A stretch of DNA of 64,000 nt from Vulcanimicrobiota bacterium (GCA_963820825.1 CAWGBN010000003.1:1-64000), one strand, 5' to 3'. Shown: positions 41,565-50,856, counted from the first letter of the stretch. Notes: generated by a model not told the origin, from the sequence alone. Made by a program: numbers and translations.

Positions 41565-42425
41565 GTGCAGATTGGATCGAACGAACACAAAGAACTCTTC
41601 TGCCGCTCGTTCACGGAATCGCATCGTGCCTACGATCCGCAGGAGTGGCCGTGGCCGCAGCTCGACGACCTATCGCTGGCACGCCTTCGGGCGATCCCGA
41701 TCTGGACGCTCGCGCTCGAGGTCGAGCTCGGCGCCGGTAAAATGCTCGACGCGTTTGCCAAGACCGAGCCCGATCCGTTGGTACGAGATGCGCTTTCGCT
41801 CCAAGGATACGAAGAAGATCGCCACGGGCGCATTCTGCAATGCCTGATCCAGCGTTACGATCTCAAAGTGACGCCGAACGTTCCCAAGCAGGTGCCGACG
41901 CGTGGGGCCTTCACGAAGTTTGGCTACGACGAATGCGTCGACTCGTTCGCCGGCTTCGGCATCTTTCGTCTCGCCCGCGACGCCCGCATTCTCCCCGAGA
42001 CGCTCACCTCGCTCTTCAGTCGCGTACTCGTCGAGGAAGCGCGGCATATCGTCTTCTTCGTCAATTGGATTGCGTGGGACCGGTGCCGGCGAGGACTGCG
42101 CGGGCCGGTGCTGCAGGCGATTCCAACCTTGTTCTCCTACGGGGCCTCGATCCGGCGGCGCATCGCCGGCGGGGCCGAGATGCAGCGCGTGAAGCCGGAG
42201 GGAGAACAGACCGATCTCTTCGGCGACGTGATCAAGGACTTGACGATTACCAAGTTCTTACGCGCGTGCGTCGATGAGAACGATCGCTACATGGCGGCCT
42301 TCGACCCGCGTTTGATCCGCCCGCGGGTCATTCCGGCGCTGGGAAGGTTCGCATTGACGATCGCCGAGACGATCGAACGCATCCGCGCCGCTTTCCCGAA
42401 GTCGGCGCCCCGGTCTACGGGTTAG
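41565..42425 (+). CDS. Ferritin-like di-iron domain protein of the type found near hopanoid genes
   Basis: IGS.EHKELFCRSF, WPWP.LD, EEDRH, GYDECVDSF..FG, EEARHIVFFVNW. Confidence 0.8.
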   Translation: MQIGSNEHKELFCRSFTESHRAYDPQEWPWPQLDDLSLARLRAIPIWTLALEVELGAGKMLDAFAKTEPDPLVRDALSLQGYEEDRHGRILQCLIQRYDLKVTPNVPKQVPTRGAFTKFGYDECVDSFAGFGIFRLARDARILPETLTSLFSRVLVEEARHIVFFVNWIAWDRCRRGLRGPVLQAIPTLFSYGASIRRRIAGGAEMQRVKPEGEQTDLFGDVIKDLTITKFLRACVDENDRYMAAFDPRLIRPRVIPALGRFALTIAETIERIRAAFPKSAPRSTG

Positions 42426-42792
42426 CCTCAGGCCATACCGGCTCGGGCAGATGCTCGTTGAAATATCGCGCTCGCTCCGGCGAGGCGCCGAGCAATGCAT
42501 CGAGGCTCGTCAGCTCGAGCAGCCGCCGCATATTGCTGTCGCCGACGAGCGCTTCGAGCCGGCGCCCTGCGGCGTTGAGGCGTTTGTAGAGCGCAATCAG
42601 CTCGGCGAGCGCGGTGGAATCGAAGAAGCTCGCCTGACGCAAGTCGACGAGAACGTCGCGCCCGCTGCCGATCTCCTGCAACGCGGTGCGCAGCCGGTCG
42701 CGTGTAGCGACGTCCCATTCGCCCCGGAGCGTGACGACGCACAGCTCCTCGAAGGTGGACGCCGCGATCCCCTGATCGCCTTCAGCCTGCAT
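42415..42792 (-). CDS. STAS domain anti-sigma factor antagonist
   Basis: VVTLRGEWDV, VLVDL..ASFFDSTAL, RRLLELTSL. Confidence 0.85.
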   Translation of the reverse strand: MQAEGDQGIAASTFEELCVVTLRGEWDVATRDRLRTALQEIGSGRDVLVDLRQASFFDSTALAELIALYKRLNAAGRRLEALVGDSNMRRLLELTSLDALLGASPERARYFNEHLPEPVWPEANP

Positions 42793-42816
42793 TTTCCGTA
42801 GTGTAGCGGTTCGGCT

Positions 42817-45465
42817 TTAGAATTTGAAGTAGATGAAGGTTGGCGAGACGCCCTGCCAGGTGAAGAGCTCGAGCGCGAGCAGGAGTCCCGCCAGGGTCGC
42901 CACCTGAGCGAGCTGGGGCAGCCTGGGCCAGCGCGGCTCGATCCCCCAGCGGTGCAGCGCGAGCCGCACCACCGCGAATCCGACGATACCCGCGGCGAGA
43001 ACCGCCTGCCATCCGGCGAGCATTGCCGGCCCCGCACCACCGGCGAAGAGCTGACGATAGACCGCGAGCGCGGTATCGAATGCCGGCGAACGAAAGAGCA
43101 CCCATGCGAGCGATACCGCGACGAAGGTCAGCGCGATGCGGAGTGCGGCAACGACTCCGCGCGGCGGCGCCTTTTCGTGACCGACGCCGGTAACGCGCTC
43201 GACGCAGAGCATAATGCCGTGGAGTCCGCCCCAGGCGACGAAGGTCCACTGCGCGCCGTGCCAGAGGCCGCCCAGGAGCATCGTCACCATCAGGTTGCGC
43301 AGGGTCGCGGTCCGGCCGTTCCGGCTTCCGCCCAGCGGAATGTAGAGGTAGTCGCGCAGCCAGGTCGAGAGCGTGATATGCCAGCGATGCCAGAAATCGG
43401 TAACGCTCGTCGCGAGGTACGGCATGCTGAAGTTCTCCGGGAAGACGAAACCGAAGAGACGCGCGCACCCGATCGCGATGTCGCTGTATCCGGAGAAATC
43501 GAAATAGATCTGCATCGCAAAGGCAAAGAGCGCGCTCCACGCGGCCGGCGCACCCGGATGGCTCGCGATCGAGGACCAATAGGTATTGGCGACAGCGGCG
43601 AACTGATCGGCGATCGCCATCTTCTTGACCAAACCGAAACCCGCGCGCGAGAGGCCGTAGGCGACGTCATCGGGACCGGGCGGTCGCCACGCGAAGAGCT
43701 CGCCGAAGAAGAGTCCCGCGCGAACGATCGGCCCGGCGAGGAGCTGCGGGAAGAAAGCGAGGTAGAGTGCGTAGTCGAGCGGTTTGCGAATCGCCGCCAT
43801 CCGCCCGCGATAAACGTCTACCAGATACGAGATACTTTGAAACGTATGGAAGCTGATCCCGATCGGAACGAAGAGATTGACAAGCCACGGGTTTTGGTGC
43901 ATGCCGAGCAGCGCGGCGACGCTTCCGCTCGCGAAGTTGGAGTACTTGAAGAGGCCGAGAAAAGCGAGATTCGCCGCGACCCCGATCGCGAGCAACGGGC
44001 GCGGGCTGCGTCCGCGCGCTTCGCGCGCACGCTCGAGTGCGATTGCGATGAGAAAGTCGCTCGCCGTGAGGATCCAGAGAAAGAGCACGTACCACGCGTT
44101 CCAACGCGCGTAGAAATAGTAGCTCGTCAGCAGCAGTACCCACCGCCCGGCGCGGCGCGGAAGGCCGTAGAACAGCGCCGCGACGATCGCGACGAAGAGC
44201 CAGAACTCGTACGATTGGAAGGGCAGCGGGATCCCGATGCCGGCGGCCGCCGCGAACCACGAGAGCGAATGATGCTCGCGCGGCGGGCCGCCCTTTGCCG
44301 GCGGCGCCGCGCAACTCCCCTCAGGATGACACGGCAGCTCCGTCGCTCCGTTGAACGCAACGCCGCGGGGAGCGAGGAGCGAAGCGATGTCGCGTCCGAG
44401 CAGGCGGCTGAAGCGCAGGCTTCCCGCGCGGTTGAGATGATCTTCGTCGGCGAAGAGCTCGGGGCGCTCGAGCGCCATATACGCAGCGGAGGGAATCAGC
44501 CGAGCGCCGGTCGCGTCTGCAATTGCGACGAGCGAGCCGCTGGGAGCCTGCGAGGCTTCGCGATGCACCGGCCGCGTCGGAATCCGCACGAAGAAGACCG
44601 GAACGCCGGCCGCCTCGTACTGCGCGGCGATCGGCAGAAGCCATTGCTCCCGGTACTTCGCGTACGATGGGCTCGGTTTTGCAACGGCGAGCACTTGCGT
44701 CGCGATTGCGGTGCGTGCGTCGTCGGTGACGCCGGGCGGATAGGAGATGCCGCCGTTAGCGAAATCGACGCGCAGCCCGGCGAGCGATTCGGAGCGCGGA
44801 TGCGCCGCGCGCGGATCGTAGGCGGGCGCCGCCCTCGCCGCTACGATAGCCGCGAAACGCGCCGGCGGGTCGGCCGCGAACGCTTGAACGTCGTCGCGCA
44901 ACTCGGTACCGCGCCAGAAGAGATCGATGCCATGCTCCACCCGCTCGCGCGGATCGGAGAACGATCCCGCGAGCTTGGGCAGATCGCTCAGCCGCGTCTG
45001 AAAGACGACGTAGCGCAGATCCATCGGACGATCGTCGCCGTCGAGGCTACCGATCGCGGTGTCGTCGTCGGCGTAGGTATCGACGGGGATCACCACCGCA
45101 CGAAAGTGCGCGGTGCGCGGATCGATCGCGCGTACGAAAAAGGGCCAGCAGCGCGGCGTCGTACCGGGAACGCCGCCATTGAGGAAACGTAACGTTCGGC
45201 TCGCGGCGCTCGCGGCGCCGGGATCGAGGCCCGAGTAGATTCGCGAATCGCCCAGAACCAAGACGTCGGTTCGCGGCTGCGGGCGAAGGTCGCGGAACTG
45301 GCCGATGGCGCCCTCAAAACTCCCGGTGCTCGACGAGGGATCGAGCAGATTGCGGTAGAGGGCGGTTCGAAACGCAACGGCGTCGACGAGGGCGAAGATC
45401 GCAAAAGCCGCGGCAACGAGAAGAGCGGCCGTCTTCTTTCCTGACGTCTCGGACGGGAATCGCAC
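42817..45465 (-). CDS. SGNH-hydrolase-like domain fused to an AlgI/PatA-type MBOAT O-acyltransferase, 882 aa
   Basis: N-half LGDSR and DEDHLN; C-half PIGISFHTFQSISY.VDVYRG, FFPQLLAGPI, QIYFDFSGYSDIA, FWHRWHITLS, GLWHG, terminal FIYFKF. Confidence 0.88.
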   Translation of the reverse strand: MRFPSETSGKKTAALLVAAAFAIFALVDAVAFRTALYRNLLDPSSSTGSFEGAIGQFRDLRPQPRTDVLVLGDSRIYSGLDPGAASAASRTLRFLNGGVPGTTPRCWPFFVRAIDPRTAHFRAVVIPVDTYADDDTAIGSLDGDDRPMDLRYVVFQTRLSDLPKLAGSFSDPRERVEHGIDLFWRGTELRDDVQAFAADPPARFAAIVAARAAPAYDPRAAHPRSESLAGLRVDFANGGISYPPGVTDDARTAIATQVLAVAKPSPSYAKYREQWLLPIAAQYEAAGVPVFFVRIPTRPVHREASQAPSGSLVAIADATGARLIPSAAYMALERPELFADEDHLNRAGSLRFSRLLGRDIASLLAPRGVAFNGATELPCHPEGSCAAPPAKGGPPREHHSLSWFAAAAGIGIPLPFQSYEFWLFVAIVAALFYGLPRRAGRWVLLLTSYYFYARWNAWYVLFLWILTASDFLIAIALERAREARGRSPRPLLAIGVAANLAFLGLFKYSNFASGSVAALLGMHQNPWLVNLFVPIGISFHTFQSISYLVDVYRGRMAAIRKPLDYALYLAFFPQLLAGPIVRAGLFFGELFAWRPPGPDDVAYGLSRAGFGLVKKMAIADQFAAVANTYWSSIASHPGAPAAWSALFAFAMQIYFDFSGYSDIAIGCARLFGFVFPENFSMPYLATSVTDFWHRWHITLSTWLRDYLYIPLGGSRNGRTATLRNLMVTMLLGGLWHGAQWTFVAWGGLHGIMLCVERVTGVGHEKAPPRGVVAALRIALTFVAVSLAWVLFRSPAFDTALAVYRQLFAGGAGPAMLAGWQAVLAAGIVGFAVVRLALHRWGIEPRWPRLPQLAQVATLAGLLLALELFTWQGVSPTFIYFKF
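44291..44332 (-). repeat. Degenerate REP-like copy in the SGNH-MBOAT linker (encodes CHPEG...)
   Basis: GTGTCATCCTGAG...GGCAAAGGG. Confidence 0.55.
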
Positions 45466-45525
45466 CGCAACGTCCCTTGTTCGGAAACGGGTTGGAGGCC
45501 TCTAGGGGAATGTTACTCGATTAGA

Positions 45526-47031
45526 ATGCAGAGCCCGTTCCGGCACCGACACGGCGCGCCCGTGGCCCTCATCACCATCACGGTGATGCTGGGCTTGATT
45601 ATGGCGATCATCGACAGCACGATCGTCAACGTTGCGCTCACGACGATCGGCGGCAACCTCGGTGCGACGGTCGACGAGGTCGCCTGGGTCGCGACCGGCT
45701 ACATCCTCGCCAACGTCGTGGTTATGCCGCTCAACGGATGGCTGACGGCGTATCTCGGTCGCAAGACGTTTTACGCCGCCTCGCTCGCGCTCTTTACCGT
45801 TGCGTCCTTCTTCTGCGGGACGGCGCGCTCGATTTGGGTTCTGGTCTTCTACCGCATCGTTCAAGGGATCGGCGGCGGCGCGCTTCAGCCGACCGCGCAG
45901 GCCATCCTCTTCGAGACCTTTCCGGTCGAGCGGCGCGGTGCGGCGATGGCGATCTTCGGATTGGGCGCGATGGTCGGACCGGCGATCGGCCCGACGATGG
46001 GCGGATGGATCGTCGACAACGCGAGCTGGCCGCTCATCTTCTATATCAACGTGCCGATCGGCATCGTCGCCTTTCTGATGACGCTCGCCTTCATCCCCAA
46101 CCCGAAGTACATCGCCAAGCCGAAAGGCGGGATCGACTGGGCCGGTCTAACGTTGCTGACAGCGGGACTGGCATCGCTGCAGTTCGTGCTCGAGCAGGGA
46201 GAGCGCGACGACTGGTTCCAGTCGCAGACGATCTTGATCCTCAGTGCGATCGCCATCATCGCGCTCGTCCTCTTCGTCATCAAAACGTTGCGTGACGAGC
46301 ACCCGCTCGTCGATCTGAGCGTCTTTAAGTTTCGATCGTTCTCCGTTGGCTCGTTCTTGGGAATCATCATGGGCTTCGGGCTCTTCGGAACCTCGCTGGT
46401 CTTGCCGCTCTTCTTTCAGAACATGCTCGGCTTTACCGCGTTCGATACCGGCATGGCGCTGATGCCGGGAGCAATCTCGACCGCCATCTCGATGCTCATC
46501 GTCGGGCGTATCCTCAACCGCATCGACGGACGATGGTCGATCGTCTTCGGGACGTTGCTATTCGCCTGGTCGACGTGGCTGCTCGGCGGACTCACCGTAC
46601 AAGCCGGCTATTGGGAGGTCTTCTGGCCCCGCGTCGTGCAGGGCTTCGCGCTCGGCTTTCTCTTCGTGCCGCTGACGACGATCTCGCTCGGCGACGTTCC
46701 GGTGCCGAAGCTCGCCGGCGCGACCGGTGTCTTCACCCTGTTGCGCCAGCTCGGCGGCAGTCTCGGCATCGCGATCTTAACGACGCTGCTCACCCATCAG
46801 ACGGCGGTGGCCTGGAACGTGCTCGCGTCGGGGGTGACGCAGAGCCACGGCTATTCGGTCGGGCAGCTCACCACCATGGTCGCGCAGCAGGCGACGATGA
46901 TCGCCTACAACTACATCTTCCGCGTGACGGCCGTCGTCTTCGTTCTCACGACACCGCTCGTCTTTCTGATCAGGCGCCACCCGCCGGCAGCAGCTGCGGC
47001 GGTTGCGGCGCCCGAGCAGAGCGCTGCCTGA
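45526..47031 (+). CDS. DHA2 (EmrB/QacA) family MFS efflux permease
   Basis: IDSTIVNVAL, WVATGYILAN, RIVQGIGGG, GPAIGPTMGGWI, WPLIFYINVPIG. Confidence 0.93.
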   Translation: MQSPFRHRHGAPVALITITVMLGLIMAIIDSTIVNVALTTIGGNLGATVDEVAWVATGYILANVVVMPLNGWLTAYLGRKTFYAASLALFTVASFFCGTARSIWVLVFYRIVQGIGGGALQPTAQAILFETFPVERRGAAMAIFGLGAMVGPAIGPTMGGWIVDNASWPLIFYINVPIGIVAFLMTLAFIPNPKYIAKPKGGIDWAGLTLLTAGLASLQFVLEQGERDDWFQSQTILILSAIAIIALVLFVIKTLRDEHPLVDLSVFKFRSFSVGSFLGIIMGFGLFGTSLVLPLFFQNMLGFTAFDTGMALMPGAISTAISMLIVGRILNRIDGRWSIVFGTLLFAWSTWLLGGLTVQAGYWEVFWPRVVQGFALGFLFVPLTTISLGDVPVPKLAGATGVFTLLRQLGGSLGIAILTTLLTHQTAVAWNVLASGVTQSHGYSVGQLTTMVAQQATMIAYNYIFRVTAVVFVLTTPLVFLIRRHPPAAAAAVAAPEQSAA

Positions 47032-47050
47032 GCGTAGCTCGGCGCGCGGA

Positions 47051-47533
47051 TTACTGGCTCGCCACCCGCATGATCGCGTTGCCGCTGACCGGTAGCGAAT
47101 GGGGAAGCCCGGGGTAGTTCAGCAGCGAGTTGAACGTTCCGGTGACCTGGACCGATACGTAGTAGACCGTGTTCGTCGGCGGCCCCGATCCGCTGCTCGA
47201 GCAAGTTTGCGGCGCGCCGCCGTTGACCGAGCAGAGGTGACTCACGACGACTCCATTGCCGGAGGTCCAGTTCGGCAGGTTCTGCGCGTCGGCGACTGCA
47301 GCGTTGGTGATAGCGGTGTTGTCCATTGCCGTCTGCAGATTCTGAGCCCCATACTGCACGCCCGCTCGAGCTGCATTTGCGGCGAGAATCGCGAAATACC
47401 CGTAGCGTCCGATCTCGACGATGCCGATCAGCAAGAAGATCAGCACCGGAGCAACGAGAGCCAACTCGAGCATACTCGTCCCGCGCTCCGAGCGGGCCAG
47501 CTTGCGCAGCTTTGCGCGATACGCCGCGTTCAT
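47051..47533 (-). CDS. tadE: TadE-like pseudopilin 1
   Basis: ERG|TSMLELALVAP, AARAGVQY. Confidence 0.85.
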   Translation of the reverse strand: MNAAYRAKLRKLARSERGTSMLELALVAPVLIFLLIGIVEIGRYGYFAILAANAARAGVQYGAQNLQTAMDNTAITNAAVADAQNLPNWTSGNGVVVSHLCSVNGGAPQTCSSSGSGPPTNTVYYVSVQVTGTFNSLLNYPGLPHSLPVSGNAIMRVASQ

Positions 47534-48732
47534 TGCGCCAGCACCGCCTGCTTGATCAGACCGCCGTTCGGCGGCGGCGAGGCGAGGACGGTTGAGTTGC
47601 TGCCGTTGAAGTTGCCCGAACCGAAGACGACCACAACGTAGCCGCCGCTCGAACCGTTGAAGTTTGCCGACGTCGAGCCCGGAGCGTAAATCAGTCCGCT
47701 AAACGAGCTGCAGCCGCCGCCGTTGAAGTTCGGGCTGCCGGTGTTGCTCGGCGCTTGATAGTAGAGCACGCCGGCCCGCGGTCCTGAGGTCGGAGCGCTT
47801 ATCGTGACCATCGCGCCGTTGAAGTTCGGCGCCGTGGCGCCCGCAGTGACGTAGATGGTGACGCCGGAGCCCGTGATATTCGCACCGTTGAAATTCGAGC
47901 TGCCGGAGAGTACGTAGGTGCCCCCGGACTGCAGCGTGACGTCCGCCCCGTTGAGGTTTAGGTTGCTGTAGCAGCCCGCGCTCAAGGTTCCTCGGAAGCC
48001 GTTGCCGTTGAAGGAGGTGCACGCATTCGACGCCGGGGGATTGGCGGCGGTGTACGCACAACCGGCGATCTCCGGACAGGGATCGGAGACCGGCAACATT
48101 TTCGAAGGCTTGGCCATCTTGAACGTCGCGCCGTTCTGGTTGGGCGCGGCGCCGGCGTAGCCGATCGAAGTCGTCGAGATCGTCGAACCATTAAAGTTCG
48201 CCGTGTCGTTGATCGCAATGCCGCATCCCGGCGCGCTGAAGTCTGCACCGTTGAAGTTGGCAGAGACGCTCGGACTCAGCAGATAGATGCAAGGGGTGCG
48301 CGGCGTCGCGTTCGTTACGATGGCCGTGGCCTGGGTAGACTCGGCCACGCCACTGCCCATCCCGAACAGGTGTGTGAAAAAGGATGCGACGTGCTGTTTT
48401 CCGATCTGCACGGATACGGCGCAGGCGTTGTTCGCGTACGGGCCGCTTGCCGGCGGGCTTTGCGCGTTGACCGCTACGTTGCCGCCCGAGGGAAATCCGG
48501 AGTTTGATGCATCGTTCTGCGCGGCGGTCGTTGCCGCGCTCCAGTTCGTGCAGTTGGAGTAGACCAGTTGCTGCGCGCCGCCCAGTGCCGCTGCATCGGC
48601 TGCGGACTGCTGCTCGCGCTCGTGATAATCCCAACTCGCGACATCCACGCCCATACCGCCAAAGCCCAATAGGGTTGAAAGGCATATCGCGATGAGCGGC
48701 ATGACTTGGCCGGACTGTCCTGCGTATTTCAT
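47530..48732 (-). CDS. TadG-like tip protein 1 with NFNG repeats
   Basis: SG|QVMPLIA, QQSAADAAALGGA; about 10 N-x-N-G motifs in the C-terminal domain; SD GAGGAGG. Confidence 0.8.
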   Translation of the reverse strand: MKYAGQSGQVMPLIAICLSTLLGFGGMGVDVASWDYHEREQQSAADAAALGGAQQLVYSNCTNWSAATTAAQNDASNSGFPSGGNVAVNAQSPPASGPYANNACAVSVQIGKQHVASFFTHLFGMGSGVAESTQATAIVTNATPRTPCIYLLSPSVSANFNGADFSAPGCGIAINDTANFNGSTISTTSIGYAGAAPNQNGATFKMAKPSKMLPVSDPCPEIAGCAYTAANPPASNACTSFNGNGFRGTLSAGCYSNLNLNGADVTLQSGGTYVLSGSSNFNGANITGSGVTIYVTAGATAPNFNGAMVTISAPTSGPRAGVLYYQAPSNTGSPNFNGGGCSSFSGLIYAPGSTSANFNGSSGGYVVVVFGSGNFNGSNSTVLASPPPNGGLIKQAVLAQ

Positions 48733-48887
48733 GGAAGGTGCCTCCTCGTGACGACGTACGCCGATAGATCAACCGAGCCGTTTAGATAAGCGGCTCGCTA
48801 TGGGGTTGCCGATCGGGAAGCATCGACCGGCCGAAAACGCCGCGCTTCATATGCGAAGACGGCGCCCGCTTGACCCCAAGCCAGGGC

Positions 48888-48918
48888 ATTATGCCAGATG
48901 GGGCGTTAATGCGTCAAC
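48888..48918 (-). promoter_or_regulatory. Promoter for tadG1-tadE1
   Basis: TTGACG-18 bp-CATAAT with extended TG; motif shared with 55574-55609. Confidence 0.6.
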
Positions 48919-49072
48919 ATTTTTCAACAAAAAACAAGGGGAAGGCCGCGCCCTGGGCTAATAGGCGGGCGTTCGGGCAGTCCGTTTATGGGCTGGCGGG
49001 GTCGTTTTGTTCCCGTCGCTTAGGCTGCCGGTTCATTTAGCATTTTCTTCGCAAAAACAAGGAGAGAAAAGA

Positions 49073-49234
49073 ATGATCGCCACCTTCAATTCCATGCTCC
49101 GCGACGATTCCGGCGCCTCAATGGTCGAGTACGGCCTGCTCCTCGCGTTTATCGCGGTAGTGGCCCTGGTGGGAGTCAAGCTGCTCGGCACGGGACTCAA
49201 CTCGCTCTTCACCAACGTCGCCGGATCGCTCTAA
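49073..49234 (+). CDS. flp: Flp family type IVc pilin 1
   Basis: RDDSG|ASMVEYGLL; SD AAGGAG. Confidence 0.92.
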   Translation: MIATFNSMLRDDSGASMVEYGLLLAFIAVVALVGVKLLGTGLNSLFTNVAGSL

Positions 49235-49239
49235 GCACC

Positions 49240-49440
49240 TTGAATCTCGAGATTGGGGCGCCATCCCCCGGATCGCGCCCCCCTCGCGGACTCGGGTTGC
49301 CGCAACGACTCGGAACGGGCGTTCTTCTCGTCGAGTACGGCTTGCTTCTGGTGTTGGCGGCAACGATCGGAGCGTTTATCGCTCGGTCTTTTGGCGCGGA
49401 TCTCTCCGCGCTCTTTTCCGTTGCGGCGAGTGCGCTCTAG
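49240..49440 (+). CDS. Divergent Flp-like ORF (start uncertain)
   Basis: G|VLLVEYGLLLVLAA...LSALFSVAASAL; atypical leader. Confidence 0.4.
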   Translation: MNLEIGAPSPGSRPPRGLGLPQRLGTGVLLVEYGLLLVLAATIGAFIARSFGADLSALFSVAASAL

Positions 49441-50840
49441 GGAACGACCGTAACGGGTTCGATGACGCTCTCTTGGCCGAATCCGTCGGTGAAGCTCGCG
49501 ACGATCGTATAACGCGTAGCTACCGACACGGCCGGTGCCCGGAGCGTGATCGCGTCCTCGTCCGCCCCGACGTCCGCGCCCGTCACTTCGTGCGACTGCG
49601 CGTCGGTCAGCGCGATGCGCATTCCGTTGCGCGGGGAGAGAATCCGCACGCGAATCGCGCCGCCGCCGGCCACCTTTGGCGTAAGCACTTCGAACGTTTC
49701 GTTCGCCTCGGAGCTCGATGCCGCAGGCAGCGCCGGGTCGTTGTCGCCGACGATTTGCGCCGCCGCGCTTGGTTCGAAAGCGCCGGTATTTGCGATGACC
49801 AGCCCGGCCATCGATTGAGCCGTGCTGCGTCCACGAACCACGTGCAGCAGAACGCGCATTTCCCGTAAGCTCGGCACCGCCGGAATCGTAAAGCGGGCCG
49901 CTCCGCTGTGCGAAAACGGCTGCTGCTGCCAAACCGTGCCATCTTGACCGACGAGACGGACGTAACCGCCCGCGCCCTGCGCCGCATACGCAACGTCGAC
50001 AATCTCGCCGGGCCTCGCAACGGGCGGATTCACGGAGATTGAGGCAATCTCCGCAATCTTTTGAGCGTGCGACACCGCGCCCCGCGACGCCAGCGTGTTG
50101 AGCACTCGCGTGGCGCTTGCCGTACCCAGCGGGCCGCTCATATTCATCTGAAGCGTATAGGCTCCCGGCGCGTTTGAGGCCGGAATCGCGACCGGTATCA
50201 CTCCGGCGGCGTCGCCGAGCGTGCCCCCTTGCAACGTGTGACCGTCCGGCGCAATGACGGTATACGAAAGGCCCCCGGCCCCCGACGCTTCGTACTCGGC
50301 GCGGGCGGTCGTTCCCGCCATCACCACGGGCGGAACGGCAAACGCGGCGATCCTCGGCAGCGCCCCGTGCAACGCTTCCCCCGTTCCAAGCAGCAAGAGT
50401 CCGGCCAGCGAGATCGCCGCCGCCGCGAGATACGGACTGCGCGACTCTCGCCGGACCGGCGATGGCGCTTCGACGACGCAGCGAACTCCGTCGCCGGCGA
50501 TCTCCGCGATCGCACGCCCGAACGAGACGAAGTCGCCGGGACTTATCGGAACGAGCGTCGAGGTCGTCGCCAGCGGCGGGACCTCGATGCAAAGCGGATG
50601 CGCGAACGCCGCGTCACCGGTGCGCGAAACGAGCCACGTACGGCAGACCAAGACCGACGCCGTACCGTTGACAACTCGTAAGGCGTAAAGCGCTACCCCG
50701 CGATGCCGATCGAAGCTTTCGAGCGCGAAAAACGCGGAGACGCTTCCGGCCTTCGTCTCGACGGCGGTTCCCGATCCATACGAAGCCGGAACCGGTGACC
50801 GCAGCTTAACCGGTGCGATGGTCGCGAGAGTGGTGCTCAC
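49437..50840 (-). CDS. Hypothetical single-pass membrane protein with beta-rich C-terminal domains, last gene of the leftward tad operon
   Basis: 467 aa; one central TM; repeated beta-strand-like segments. Confidence 0.7.
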   Translation of the reverse strand: MSTTLATIAPVKLRSPVPASYGSGTAVETKAGSVSAFFALESFDRHRGVALYALRVVNGTASVLVCRTWLVSRTGDAAFAHPLCIEVPPLATTSTLVPISPGDFVSFGRAIAEIAGDGVRCVVEAPSPVRRESRSPYLAAAAISLAGLLLLGTGEALHGALPRIAAFAVPPVVMAGTTARAEYEASGAGGLSYTVIAPDGHTLQGGTLGDAAGVIPVAIPASNAPGAYTLQMNMSGPLGTASATRVLNTLASRGAVSHAQKIAEIASISVNPPVARPGEIVDVAYAAQGAGGYVRLVGQDGTVWQQQPFSHSGAARFTIPAVPSLREMRVLLHVVRGRSTAQSMAGLVIANTGAFEPSAAAQIVGDNDPALPAASSSEANETFEVLTPKVAGGGAIRVRILSPRNGMRIALTDAQSHEVTGADVGADEDAITLRAPAVSVATRYTIVASFTDGFGQESVIEPVTVVP

Positions 50841-50856
50841 GCGGTGGTAGCGTCGC

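Noticed and set aside
48797..48815. CTATGGGGTTGCCGA resembling the 3' end of a c-di-GMP-I riboswitch
   Set aside because: The required upstream GGCAAA...GACGCAAA elements are absent
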